Numbered from the whole stretch's first letter, positions 31,120 through 41,324 are shown. The stretch is DNA of 63,925 nucleotides, filler included, from an uncultured bacterium (GCA_964449065.1; 4 parts of 4 records of this genome joined end to end with filler, not necessarily neighbours in it), one strand, 5' to 3'. A program made the numbers and translations. The notes: generated by a model not told the origin, from the letters alone.

Positions 31120-31137
31120 ATTTAGATATATCTAAAT
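31120..31137 (+). promoter_or_regulatory. Second DtxR/MntR-like operator palindrome
   Basis: Perfect palindrome ATTTAGATATATCTAAAT, one mismatch to 26634-26651. Confidence 0.7.
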
Positions 31138-31173
31138 ATATATTTATTCATCAATAAATAAAGGAGAAGGAAT

Positions 31174-31968
31174 ATGAGAAAAAAGACAACTGTAGGATTG
31201 GCAGTCGTATTGAGTTGGATGTGTGCGGGTATGGTTGAAGCGCAAGAAGATACTATAATCACAGACCGACCGGATTTGACCGAAAGCACCGCCGTTGTTG
31301 GCAAGAACCGTTTCCAAATTGAAACATCGTTTCTTTATGAACGCAACGATGAGGGGCCGGATGAGGAAGGATACTTCACCCCAACTCTATTGCGCTATGG
31401 GATTATGGAGGAAGTTGAAGCGCGGCTGGAAACCGATTTGTTCAGCCACTTGTCCCAAGAAACCGCGTTAGGAGAACGAAACACAACGGGATATTCGCCA
31501 CTGACGTTCGGACTCAAAGCCCATTTGCTGAAAGCAAGTGGCTCATTTCTGGGTCCGGAAACTTCTGTCTTGCTGAATGTCGGTACACCTACCGGTTCCA
31601 GCGATTTTGCCAGCGATGATGTCACCGGCGATATAAAACTGCTGTTCGATTGGGAACCGGCGGAAGATTGGAGTGTAGGCGCGAATGTTGGGATGGCGTA
31701 TGATGTGGATGATAATGATGATGGCTTTCTCTCCGGCATCGCAACCGTGGCGCTGGGACATGCCTGGACGGATAATTTCGGCACGTTTTGGGAACTGGCA
31801 TACCAAGGTCCCGCTTCCAGCGAAGACGATCATGATTTGATCTTCGATACCGGGGTAACGTATCTGCTCAATCCCAATGCGCAGGTAGACTTCGCGGTGG
31901 GCACCGGTTTAGCGGGTGATACGACACCGGATGTATTTGTCACAGCGGGGATAAGTTTACGATTTTAA
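31174..31968 (+). CDS. Outer-membrane beta-barrel transporter (MetA-pathway/Phenol_MetA_deg-like)
   Basis: Signal peptide, TDRPD...TES motif, LRYG, alternating beta strands, C-terminal GISLRF. Confidence 0.8.
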   Translation: MRKKTTVGLAVVLSWMCAGMVEAQEDTIITDRPDLTESTAVVGKNRFQIETSFLYERNDEGPDEEGYFTPTLLRYGIMEEVEARLETDLFSHLSQETALGERNTTGYSPLTFGLKAHLLKASGSFLGPETSVLLNVGTPTGSSDFASDDVTGDIKLLFDWEPAEDWSVGANVGMAYDVDDNDDGFLSGIATVALGHAWTDNFGTFWELAYQGPASSEDDHDLIFDTGVTYLLNPNAQVDFAVGTGLAGDTTPDVFVTAGISLRF

Positions 31969-32010
31969 CTGCCGTTCCTTTGAACTTGGATGACGGTTCT
32001 CATAGTCTAA

Positions 32011-32105
32011 CAGAGTCCTGATGTCGGGTCGGTTTGGGAGAGCGAGGCTCCCGCCGACCCACAGGGCTTTCACCTTACCCGACACGTTTTGCCTATCAGG
32101 GTACT
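32011..32105 (+). repeat. REP-containing intergenic element
   Basis: GGGAGAGCGAGGCTCCCGCCGACCC core flanked by imperfect inverted ends GTCCTGAT / ATCAGGGTAC. Confidence 0.45.
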
Positions 32106-32231
32106 TCGAGTCCATCAAATAAATCGTTTTTAAGAATCCCTGTAAACAAAAGATGTGGACCGACATTAAAATTATTAAGAATGTTATAACGTTCTCATTA
32201 CCTACCGTATACGAATAATTTCAAAAAATAG

Positions 32232-32260
32232 TTGACAAAAAAAATATGATTGATTATATT
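32232..32260 (+). promoter_or_regulatory. sigma70-type promoter of the fasciclin gene
   Basis: TTGACA-17 bp-TATATT. Confidence 0.6.
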
Positions 32261-32314
32261 GTAACAAAACAAGAACGATTTAACGTTCAATCTTAATATT
32301 GAAAAGGAGTTACC

Positions 32315-33241
32315 ATGAAACACACCGCTTCTTCATTTGCAGTAGCCGCATCATTCGTCTTTTTTGTGTACAGCGCCAAAGCCCAGCCGACCCAATCGAT
32401 TGTGGAAATAGCAACAAGTGATCCACAATTCTCGACGCTGGTCACGGCACTGGACGCAGCCGGTCTGGTTGAAACGTTGCAAGGGGAAGGACCATTCACG
32501 GTTTTCGCCCCGACAAACGATGCTTTTGCCGCCTTGCCCGCCGGAACGTTGGATTCATTGCTGCTGCCGGAAAATGTGGATCAGTTGACGAACATTTTGC
32601 TGTATCACGTAGTTCCCGGCCGGTTGATGGCTTCTGACGTAGTATCCCGCAGCAAAGCCAAGACCGCAACAACCACCCAGCAATTGGTATCATTCTCGGT
32701 TGATAACGGTCAAGCGAAGATTGATAATGCCAACATTGTGGTGACCGATATTGAAGCTACCAATGGTGTAATTCACGTCATTGACGCAGTCATTTTGCCG
32801 GAAGAATTGGACAACATTGTCAACACAGCAGTAGCCGCTGGCAGTTTCACTACCTTGGCCTCCGCACTGGAAGCCGCCGGTCTGGTTGATACTTTGGCGA
32901 ATGATGGACCCTTTACGGTATTTGCGCCAACCGATGAAGCATTTGCCGCGTTGCCGGAAGGAACGGTTGAATCACTTTTAAATGATATCCCAACGTTAAC
33001 AAATATTTTGCTTTTTCATGTGGTAGAAGGCAAAGTGACTTCCGATGAGGTTATTAACCTTACATCCGCAACCACGCTGAATGGTTCTGATGTTTCGATA
33101 TCGGTTGTTGACGGAAATGTATTGGTACAAGACTCAACAGTTACTGCGGTGGATATCGATACCACGAATGGCATTATTCATGTAATAAATCAAGTGTTAT
33201 TACCGGAATCTAACGTCAAATCATGGGAATTATTCAATTAG
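32315..33241 (+). CDS. Exported protein with two fasciclin (FAS1) domains
   Basis: Two copies of FTVFAPT.(D/E)AF...HVV...NG(V/I)IHVI; signal peptide; short C-terminal tail SNVKSWELFN. Confidence 0.95.
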   Translation: MKHTASSFAVAASFVFFVYSAKAQPTQSIVEIATSDPQFSTLVTALDAAGLVETLQGEGPFTVFAPTNDAFAALPAGTLDSLLLPENVDQLTNILLYHVVPGRLMASDVVSRSKAKTATTTQQLVSFSVDNGQAKIDNANIVVTDIEATNGVIHVIDAVILPEELDNIVNTAVAAGSFTTLASALEAAGLVDTLANDGPFTVFAPTDEAFAALPEGTVESLLNDIPTLTNILLFHVVEGKVTSDEVINLTSATTLNGSDVSISVVDGNVLVQDSTVTAVDIDTTNGIIHVINQVLLPESNVKSWELFN

Positions 33242-33387
33242 AAAGTAATTTACGTTTTGAACGAATGTTACATTTGTATGATGTTCGTTCGTCGCTACAG
33301 AAATCTTGTTCGATGTACAAACATTACTCATTCTATGCATTCGCAATACCAAACAATCCCATGATCTAGAATTCCGTATTAAAACCA

Positions 33388-33423
33388 AAAGAAAAGGCGT
33401 GGTTAACTCCACGCCTTTTCTTT
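33388..33423. terminator. Bidirectional rho-independent terminator
   Basis: AAAGAAAAGGCGTGG-TTAACT-CCACGCCTTTTCTTT. Confidence 0.8.
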
Positions 33424-33516
33424 GCTTATGGATGAGAAACTTGTTTCGCGGCGGTGACCACAAAGCCCTCATCAACGAGTTGGATATCCGCCTCAGAAAA
33501 ACTTTGTGTAAAATAA

Positions 33517-33616
33517 TTCCACTTCATATAAATAATGACTAATAAGCGCGGCGTAAGCCCTGCGAAAAGAAGGTGTTAAGTATTCATTATGCAGCCCATA
33601 TCAAATTGCATAGGTA
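33517..33616 (+). mobile_element. 100-bp MITE-like element (shell A) with TAA target duplication
   Basis: Left 59 nt match the element at 1-59; ends in GGTA; TAA at 33514-16 and 33617-19. Confidence 0.65.
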
Positions 33617-33761
33617 TAAGTACCTTCTGTTGGTTCTATGTGATAATATATCGCATTAAAATTGTCGTAATAGGTCAGCCACTTGAAGAGAAATTCCCCC
33701 TCCCAAAGGTGGGAGGGTTAGGGGAGGGTTTGAAGCACTGAGCGTTTAACCCCCACCTAGC

Positions 33762-33861
33762 NNNNNNNNNNNNNNNNNNNNNNNNNNNNNNNNNNNNNNN
33801 NNNNNTTAATTAATTAANNNNNNNNNNNNNNNNNNNNNNNNNNNNNNNNNNNNNNNNNNNN
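33762..33861. other. Artificial contig linker
   Basis: N-TTAATTAATTAA-N. Confidence 0.97.
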
Positions 33862-33928
33862 CACAACAAAAACCTTTTTTCAAGCAAACGTCAATCATGA
33901 ATTGCGTAACATCAGTTACTAAAGTTCT

Positions 33929-34047
33929 GGGCGGTTTGTGTAATAAAATAAGTGATTGTGTTCTTCACAACCCCCTCTGTGTCTCCCCCAAACTTGGGGG
34001 AGAAGATATTGCGTTCTCAAGTTTGATTGCTTAAATCAATGACATTG
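33929..34047 (+). mobile_element. ~119-bp dispersed repeat (shell C MITE with CCCCCAAACTTGGGGG hairpin)
   Basis: Near-identical inverted copy at 40645-40762 and a partial copy at 41224-41318. Confidence 0.8.
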
Positions 34048-34115
34048 ACCCTAGCCCCTCTTAACAAGGGGGGGAACAACGGATAGCCAGCCGTCATTTT
34101 TTGATTGACAAAGTA

Positions 34116-36906
34116 CTAGGAAGCGGTGGCTTGCACCAAGGCGTGCTTTAATTCATCCATCGAATACGGTTTGGTACAGATTCCTTTAAAGCCGTATTGT
34201 TCGTGGTTGGCCATGACCGGGTCGTCGGCATAGCCGCTGGATACAATGCAGTTCGCGTTGGGATCAATCTCCAGTATTTTTTGAACGGCTTCTTTCCCTC
34301 CCATGCCGCCCGGGATGGTCAAATCCATGATGACCGCTTCGTAGCGCTCATTGGCAAGCCAAGCGGTTTTATACAATTCTATCGCCTCCTTACCATCTTT
34401 CGCGATTTGTACTTGATACCCCATTTTCATCAGCATTCGCTCGACCACATTGCACACCATTTCTTCATCATCCATCACGAGAATTTTGGTGTGCTGATCG
34501 ACGGGATATGTCTGATGCGGCGGTATTTCGGCAACCGTTTCCTCCCGCGAATCCGAGACGGGAAGATAGACGGTAAAGGTTGTTCCTTTCCCGACTCTTG
34601 ACTCCAAAGCAATATGGCCTTTGTGCTTTTGAATGATGGAATAGCTGGTGGCCAGCCCCAATCCGCTGCCGGTTTGTTTTGTCGTAAAATAGGGATTAAA
34701 AATTTGGTCCCGGTGTTTGGGTTCGATGCCTATCCCTTCGTCTTTCACGGTCAGTTTGATATACCGCCCCGGCTGCAATCCGGGAACTTGGTTTTCCACA
34801 ATGTGCTCATTTTCCAGTTGAATGTATACCGTTCCACCGTTGGGCATGGCTTGCTGCGCGTTGATCACCAGGTTGGATATCACCTGCTGAATTTGTCCTT
34901 TATCCACATTGGCCAGCCAAAGGTCTTCGGATATGGAAAACACCGGTTTGACATTGCTTCCGGTCAAATCAAAGCTCGCGACTTCTCTTACCAACTCATG
35001 AAGACTGGTATGTTCCAGAGTCGGCATTCCTCCTTTGGAGAAGGTCAACAACTGGCTGGTTAAGCGTGTCGCGCGGTTTAACGATTTTTCGGCTTCCTGT
35101 AAATATTCATAAGCGGGTTGATCCGCGCTGAGTTCCTCTTTCGCGATGGAGATGTTTCCAAATACACCCGTAAGGACATTGTTAAAATCGTGCGCAATCC
35201 CTCCGGCCAAAGTGCCTATGCTTTCTAGTTTCTGCATACGCTGGAGTTCGTCTTCGGCCCGTTTGCGTTCGGTAACATCTTGAATGGTAGCAAAGACTTT
35301 GACGGGTTGACCGTTTTCGCGTTGAATTTTTCCGACCGTCCGGACAAAAATGACCTTTCCATCCTTGCGAATCAGCCTGTATTCATTCGGGGATAGCTGA
35401 TCCTTACCTGAGGACAAACACTCTTCAAACCATTTATTGATTCTTGCGCGGTCTTCGGAATGATGCAGTTTGGTTTCTTGTAAGTGCATCGTAGAGATTT
35501 CTGAAGCCGAATAGTACAACACATCATCTACTGCTTCCGACCAAATGATTTCATCGGTCTTAATATCCCAGACAAAGTCAACTATTTTGGCGATTTTTTG
35601 CGCTTCAATCAAGCGTTTTTCACTTTCCAGCAAGGCTTGTTCGGCCTGTTTGCGGTCGGTGATATCCTGCAAGATTCCTAATGAGCCAACCAGTTGTCCC
35701 TTTTCATTGCGTACCGGAACCGCCGCATTGGCAAGCCAACGGGTTTCTCCGGTTTTGGATGTGACCTTATAATCCGCCCGCCAACTCATTTCCTCACCGG
35801 CTGCCGAATAGTGGGCGGCTTGTTTGAAGGGGATGGCTTTGGATTGATCGGGGATCAAAGTTTCTTTAGCCATATTCAGCCAAAACTCATACGTGAATTC
35901 TTTCTTCGTATAGCCGATCAGTCTTTCGATTCCGTCTCCGACAAAATCATAAGAATCCGTTTCAAAGTTGAGGTAGTAAGGGACCGCGTCAGCCACTTCG
36001 ATAGCGTTGTGGTAAAGCCGTTCACTTTTTTCTAAATTTTCTTCGGCTTGTTTTTGCTCGGTAATATCTTGAAAGATACCTAGCGACCCAACCACACTGC
36101 CGGATTCATCCCGAACTTGAACGGCCGCGTTGGCCAGCCACCGGGTTTCATTGGAACGGGTTTTGATCTTGTAATCCGCCCGCCAGCTGATTCCTTCCCG
36201 GCTTTGGGCGCGGCGTATCGCGTCTTCTAGCGAAAGGCCTTCTAGATCTCCCAATAAATGAATCTCTTTTTCCATATCCACCCATAAATCCGGGCTGAAT
36301 TCCTCCGGCGAATAGCCGGTCATCTGTTTTATACCCTCACCAACAAATTCGTATTGCTCCGTTAAATAATTTTGATAATAGGGGACNNNNNNNNNNNNNN
36401 NNNNNNNNNNNNNNNNNNNNNNNNNNNNNNNNNNNNNNNNNNNNNNNNNNNNNNNNNNNNNNNNNNNNNNNNNNNNNNNNNNNNNNATTTTTATCCAGCA
36501 TGGCAATGGCGGCGGGTGCGTTTTCAATAAACGTTTCTAACAGAATATTTTTATACTTGATTTCATCTTCAATCCTTCTACGCCAGCGGTTGGATTGAAA
36601 AATAAATTCGCAAATGACACCCATAACCCCCAAGATGACACCAAATAAAACAAGTGATGAAGTGAGATTGGATGTCATGAATAGGATGAGAAAAAGTGCG
36701 AACAGCGATTCCATCAGTATGAGTGAAAGATATTTCCGGTACGAAAATAAATAGGCGGCATAAACCGGCGGAATGATTAGAAAGGTCAGTAATTCATCGG
36801 TATAAGCAAACCGAAATTGAAGCCAAATCCATAAAAGAAATGTACAGAAAATAATGGAAGCCAACGCCATCAACAAAAAGAAATATTTGTGGATAAAACC
36901 GCACAT
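34116..36906 (-). CDS. Membrane-bound multi-PAS hybrid sensor histidine kinase (HisKA-HATPase-REC), interrupted by an N gap
   Basis: N-terminal TM segment (36906-36487); at least 3 PAS/PAC; GGIAHDFNN, NAQQAM, DEGIG, GSGLGL; C-terminal REC; frame across the gap unknown. Confidence 0.88.
36387..36486. other. 100-N scaffold gap inside the kinase gene
   Basis: Ns without linker. Confidence 0.95.
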
Positions 36907-37050
36907 AATCAGATTCCGTGACAAACCATTATCTATTACATGATACGTATAACAGATTTACTCAAAAATGGTAGTATATTGCCGGACTTGATTTTCAAAA
37001 GGTTATTATATAATACTTTTAAACTATATATCATATAAAGAATATATAAT

Positions 37051-38820
37051 ATGGATGCAACTTCTTTGTTTTCTTTACTTTTTGTCTTCATCCTCATGGT
37101 GGTTTTAGTGTTTACCAACATGGCGGTGGATATGGTATTGCTGGGTGGTCTTACCATATTTCTCATTACAGGAATACTCGAGCCTCAGGCCGCTTTGGCC
37201 GGATTTTCCAATGAAGGCATGATCACCATCGCGGTTTTGTATGTTGTGGTAGCGGGAATACGGGAAACCGGGGGGATAACCTTTATCGCGACCCGGCTGT
37301 TGGGTACGCCCAAAACATTGTTGGAAGCCCAGAGTAGAATCATGGTTCCCACGACTATCATGAGTGCCTTTTTGAACAATACGCCCGTGGTGGCCATGTT
37401 GATACCGGCTGTTAACGAGTGGGCAAGAAAAAACCGTCTTCCGGTTTCCAAGTTATTGATTCCATTAAGTTACGCGGCCATTTTGGGGGGGACCTGTTCA
37501 TTAATCGGCACCAGTACCAATTTGGTCGTCAATGGAGAGATGATATCCGAACTCGGCATGGCTGGTTTCGGCCTCTTCGATATCGCATGGGTTGGAATCC
37601 CATGTGCGATTGTTGGTTTTCTCTATATGTTTTTTATTGGACAGTACTTGTTGCCTGACCGTATCCCTCCGATTCAGCGAACGGATGACCCGCGTGAGTA
37701 TACGGTGGAAATGCTGGTGGAACCCGGCAGCCCTTTAGTGGGGAGGAGTATTGAGCAAGCGGGATTGCGGAATTTACCGGGCATGTTTTTGATTGAAGTT
37801 GGGCGGAGACAAACGTTTATTACCGCCGTATCTCCCGATGAAATCTTGCAAGAGAATGACCGGTTAATTTTTGCCGGAGTGGTTGAATCGGTGGTGGATT
37901 TACAAAAAATACGCGGGTTGACACCGGCCACCGATCAAGTCTTTAAATTAGATGCTCCCCGCCGCGACCGAATCTTAATTGAAACGGTGGTGTCTCACAG
38001 CTGCCCGGTTGTTGGTCAATCTATTCGTGCAGGAAAGTTTCGTTCGCGGTATAACGCGGTGGTAATCGCGGTCGCACGTAATGGAGAACGCGTAAAGCGA
38101 AAAATTGGTGATATTGTGTTGCGCGCGGGTGATACACTGCTGCTGGAAACACATCCCTCTTTTTTCGAACAACAAAGGAACTCAAGCGATTTTTATTTGG
38201 TCAGCAGAGTGGAAAATTCCACGCCACCGCGGCATGAAAAAGCGTCCATCGCGTTAGCCATTTTAATCGGAATGGTCCTTACGGTTTCAGTAGGATTGTT
38301 CAGCATGTTAGAGGCTGCCATGCTCGCCGCGGGGGCGATGTTGATCACCCGCTGCTGTAGTGCAACGGTGGCGCGAAGAAGCGTGGATTGGTCTTTGCTA
38401 TTGACAATTGGCGCCGCGTTGGGTATTGGTGAAGCGTTGCAAGTGACCGACACGGCTCAAGAGATCGCGGACTTTTTGATAGCAACCGCTGGTGATCATC
38501 CTGTCGTCTCTTTGATTGTCGTGTATTTTGTGACGATGTTTTTCACGGAACTAATCACCAATGTTGCGGCTGCCGTTTTGGTGTTTGAGTTGGCGTATGC
38601 CACCTCCGTGAATTTGGGAGTGGATTTTCAGCCCTACGCGATAGCGATTATGATGGCGGCTTCCGCGAGTTTTTCGTCTCCGATCGGGTACCAAACCAAT
38701 CTTATGGTATACGGCCCCGGCGGCTATCAGTTTGAGGATTATCTCAAAGTGGGTATTCCGCTGAATTTGCTGATGGCGGCGACGTCGTTACTCATCATTC
38801 CTTGGGTCTGGGATTTGTAG
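37051..38820 (+). CDS. SLC13/DASS-family permease with two TrkA-C domains
   Basis: SAFLNNTPVV, GTCSLIGTSTN, central TrkA-C repeats, PIGYQTNLMV. Confidence 0.92.
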   Translation: MDATSLFSLLFVFILMVVLVFTNMAVDMVLLGGLTIFLITGILEPQAALAGFSNEGMITIAVLYVVVAGIRETGGITFIATRLLGTPKTLLEAQSRIMVPTTIMSAFLNNTPVVAMLIPAVNEWARKNRLPVSKLLIPLSYAAILGGTCSLIGTSTNLVVNGEMISELGMAGFGLFDIAWVGIPCAIVGFLYMFFIGQYLLPDRIPPIQRTDDPREYTVEMLVEPGSPLVGRSIEQAGLRNLPGMFLIEVGRRQTFITAVSPDEILQENDRLIFAGVVESVVDLQKIRGLTPATDQVFKLDAPRRDRILIETVVSHSCPVVGQSIRAGKFRSRYNAVVIAVARNGERVKRKIGDIVLRAGDTLLLETHPSFFEQQRNSSDFYLVSRVENSTPPRHEKASIALAILIGMVLTVSVGLFSMLEAAMLAAGAMLITRCCSATVARRSVDWSLLLTIGAALGIGEALQVTDTAQEIADFLIATAGDHPVVSLIVVYFVTMFFTELITNVAAAVLVFELAYATSVNLGVDFQPYAIAIMMAASASFSSPIGYQTNLMVYGPGGYQFEDYLKVGIPLNLLMAATSLLIIPWVWDL

Positions 38821-38980
38821 AGGTCCATTTATCCGGGTTTTTCTAAAAAGACATTCAAACAAATGTACTTTGATTGTTTTATTTTAAATTCACCTTTATC
38901 TTTTGCTTCGATAAAAAGAATTCCAGAAGAAAAGATCATAATACTGTTTCCATTTTGGATTGTAGAAGAAGCGAGGAACA

Positions 38981-39108
38981 AGAGCGTTTCAGAGTTGAAT
39001 AGACAGAATCTGTCGTTGTTTCCCCCCTTGTTAAGGGGGGATCGAAGCACGCTTTCAACAACGCAAAATCCCCCGGAGCCTTCGGCTCCACCCCCTTATG
39101 TAAGGGGG
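38981..39108 (+). repeat. Shell B MITE end plus REP hairpins
   Basis: 38981-39004 identical to 40775-40798; CCCCCCTTGTTAAGGGGGG and CCCCCTTATGTAAGGGGG hairpins. Confidence 0.7.
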
Positions 39109-39266
39109 TATAACACTGCGCTAACGCTTCTGAATGACGAATCCCATTCATTTCATGTGGATGGGTAAGTTATCACCTATCATGTCAGTCTTGTTGAATT
39201 ACTAGTTTCTATAGTATAGAATGACCAGGCAGTTGAAAGTATGTAAGCATTTGGAGGATAATACCT

Positions 39267-40550
39267 ATGCTTCGTAGACAGTTTATATCCTATGCTTCAC
39301 AAGCTTCTTTGATGGCCGGTGTATCGCGTTTTGCTTGTGCACAAACAAACCAACCAAAACTCATGCTTTATTCCGGATGGAATACCAAAAACATTGGCGA
39401 TCAAGGCCACACACCCGGAACCCTGCGGTATCTCGATTCGCATTTCCCGGAAGCAAAAATATCACTTTGGCTCAGCAGCACCAATGATGAAACCGTCGCG
39501 ATGTTGAAAAACCGGTTCCCCAACATCACGATCGTCCGGGGCAGCATCAATCGGGAGGCAAAGGCCGACCATCCCGATTTACAAGCCGCCTTTGATGAAG
39601 CCGATTTGTTTATCCAAAACTCTGGAATGTCTTACAACGCGTTTTGGAACCCGCCTCACATCTTAGAAACCTGCAATACCCATAACAAGCCAATCTGTCT
39701 CTATGCGCAATCCTTTGACGGGTTGCGGGAGGAAGACAAAGACCACATGATCAAGCAACTCTCGCAGGCGGCTGCAATTTACTGCCGTGACAATGAATCG
39801 TACTACTTCCTGCGCGGCATCGGCGTGAACTCTCCTATCCTCGAATTCGGCCCCGACGGCTGCTTTGGCATTGATCTGCTGAACGACAAAAAAGCGTTTT
39901 CCTTTATGGATCAACATGGGTTGGAATCCAAGAAGTTTCTTGTGGTGATCATCCGTACCAATTCATCCGCGTCCAAAAAACCTTCCGGAACATCGGGTAA
40001 CCGTTTGAACCCGGCCGATCCGACTTCCGATGAAGAAAGGCAGAACGAATTGTGGGCAAGTAAATTGCGCGGCATCATAACCCATTGGGTGAACGAAACC
40101 GGATTAAAAGTCATGCTGGCTCCGGAAGTTGAGAAAGAGATCGTACACTCCAAACGGCTGCTGTATGACCGGCTGCCTTCTGATATCCAAGCCAAGGTGG
40201 TGCACAAGGCGGAATGGTGGAATATGGATGAGGCCAGTTCGATCTACAAACAGGCACATACGGTGGTTTCGATGGAACCGCATTCCCTGATTATGTCTCT
40301 GGCACACCGGACTCCGGTGATTCATCTTTTCAGCAAAAAACATGGCTTCAAAGCGTGGATGTTCCGCGACATCGGCCTGCCGGAATGGTTGTATAACATC
40401 GATGAAGTACCGGTTCAGCGTCCCATCAAAGCGTTAATGGATATTCACTCCAACTACAATCGCGCGGTAACAAAAGTAGACCGCGCAATAACCTTTGTTG
40501 AGCAACGCTCAAAAGAAATGGTTCACGATATAAAAAGTATAGTTGTTTAA
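39267..40550 (+). CDS. Polysaccharide pyruvyl transferase family protein with Tat-like leader
   Basis: LRRQFI; NIGD, YAQS, YCRD..S, FGPDG, MEPHS motifs. Confidence 0.75.
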   Translation: MLRRQFISYASQASLMAGVSRFACAQTNQPKLMLYSGWNTKNIGDQGHTPGTLRYLDSHFPEAKISLWLSSTNDETVAMLKNRFPNITIVRGSINREAKADHPDLQAAFDEADLFIQNSGMSYNAFWNPPHILETCNTHNKPICLYAQSFDGLREEDKDHMIKQLSQAAAIYCRDNESYYFLRGIGVNSPILEFGPDGCFGIDLLNDKKAFSFMDQHGLESKKFLVVIIRTNSSASKKPSGTSGNRLNPADPTSDEERQNELWASKLRGIITHWVNETGLKVMLAPEVEKEIVHSKRLLYDRLPSDIQAKVVHKAEWWNMDEASSIYKQAHTVVSMEPHSLIMSLAHRTPVIHLFSKKHGFKAWMFRDIGLPEWLYNIDEVPVQRPIKALMDIHSNYNRAVTKVDRAITFVEQRSKEMVHDIKSIVV

Positions 40551-40644
40551 AAAGTGTAGATGTGCCTCAGTAGAGTCAGTATGGTTATTGCGGAAATGTG
40601 GTGAGAATTTCTGGTCTCTCAAATGGACAAGGTAATACTTGACC

Positions 40645-41324
40645 CAATGCCAGTGATTTAAGCAATCAAACTTGAAAACGCAATATCTTCTCCCCCAAGT
40701 TTGGGGGAGACACAGAGGGGGTTGTGAAGAACGCAATCACTTATTTTATTACACAAATCGCCTGTAATTTTACTAGAGCGTTTCAGAGTTGAATAGACGG
40801 GTAGCACCGGCTTCCAGCCGGTACATGGATGTACACGTTGTACCTCTACGCAAACCTGAATTGATCTAGAGCAATTCAAGATTGGATAGAGAGATTGGAT
40901 AGTCAGAGAATTGGTATTGCACTTGCCGTAGGGGCACATTGCAATGTGCCCCTAGACAACGTCTACGCAAACCTGAAATGCGCTAAAAGTGGTGGGGAGC
41001 ATCGGCTTCCAGCCGGTGCGTCAATCTCTAAGCCATACGGCTAAACTTGCCCGTTTCTATCAGACCATATTTCATGAGATAGAAATAATCCGGGCTTGTT
41101 CGCGTCCATGATAGACGATATTGTGGTTGAAATCCCTTGGACTGGAATCAGCATAGTCGTTATTCGCGGTTAAAATCATTCGGAGAAATCCGTGACTCAA
41201 GATGATTTGTGTACGGAAAGTAGCCCCCAAGTTGGGGGAGACAAAGAGGGGGTTGTGAAGAACGCAATCACCCAATTCATTACACAAATCGCCCGGATTT
41301 TTTTAGTCAATGACATTGAGTTAG
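40645..41324. mobile_element. Nested cluster of MITE/REP elements
   Basis: Shell C copy 40645-40762; tandem shell B elements 40774-40868 and 40867-40985; REP 40994-41017; partial shell C 41224-41318. Confidence 0.75.

Noticed and set aside
33426..33527. 33-aa minus-strand ORF ending at the terminator
   Set aside because: Its start codon lies inside a MITE end and there is no RBS; at best a gene remnant.
36337..36527. Apparent frameshift or split of the hybrid kinase
   Set aside because: Caused by the arbitrary 100-N gap length; not evidence of a pseudogene.
38829..39168. Short ORFs in intergenic repeat regions (also 40509-41287)
   Set aside because: Translations of REP/MITE sequence; the same peptide strings recur at other repeat copies.
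40645..41324. Possible CRISPR array
   Set aside because: No regularly spaced identical repeats with unique spacers and no cas genes; the repeats are REP/MITE-like.
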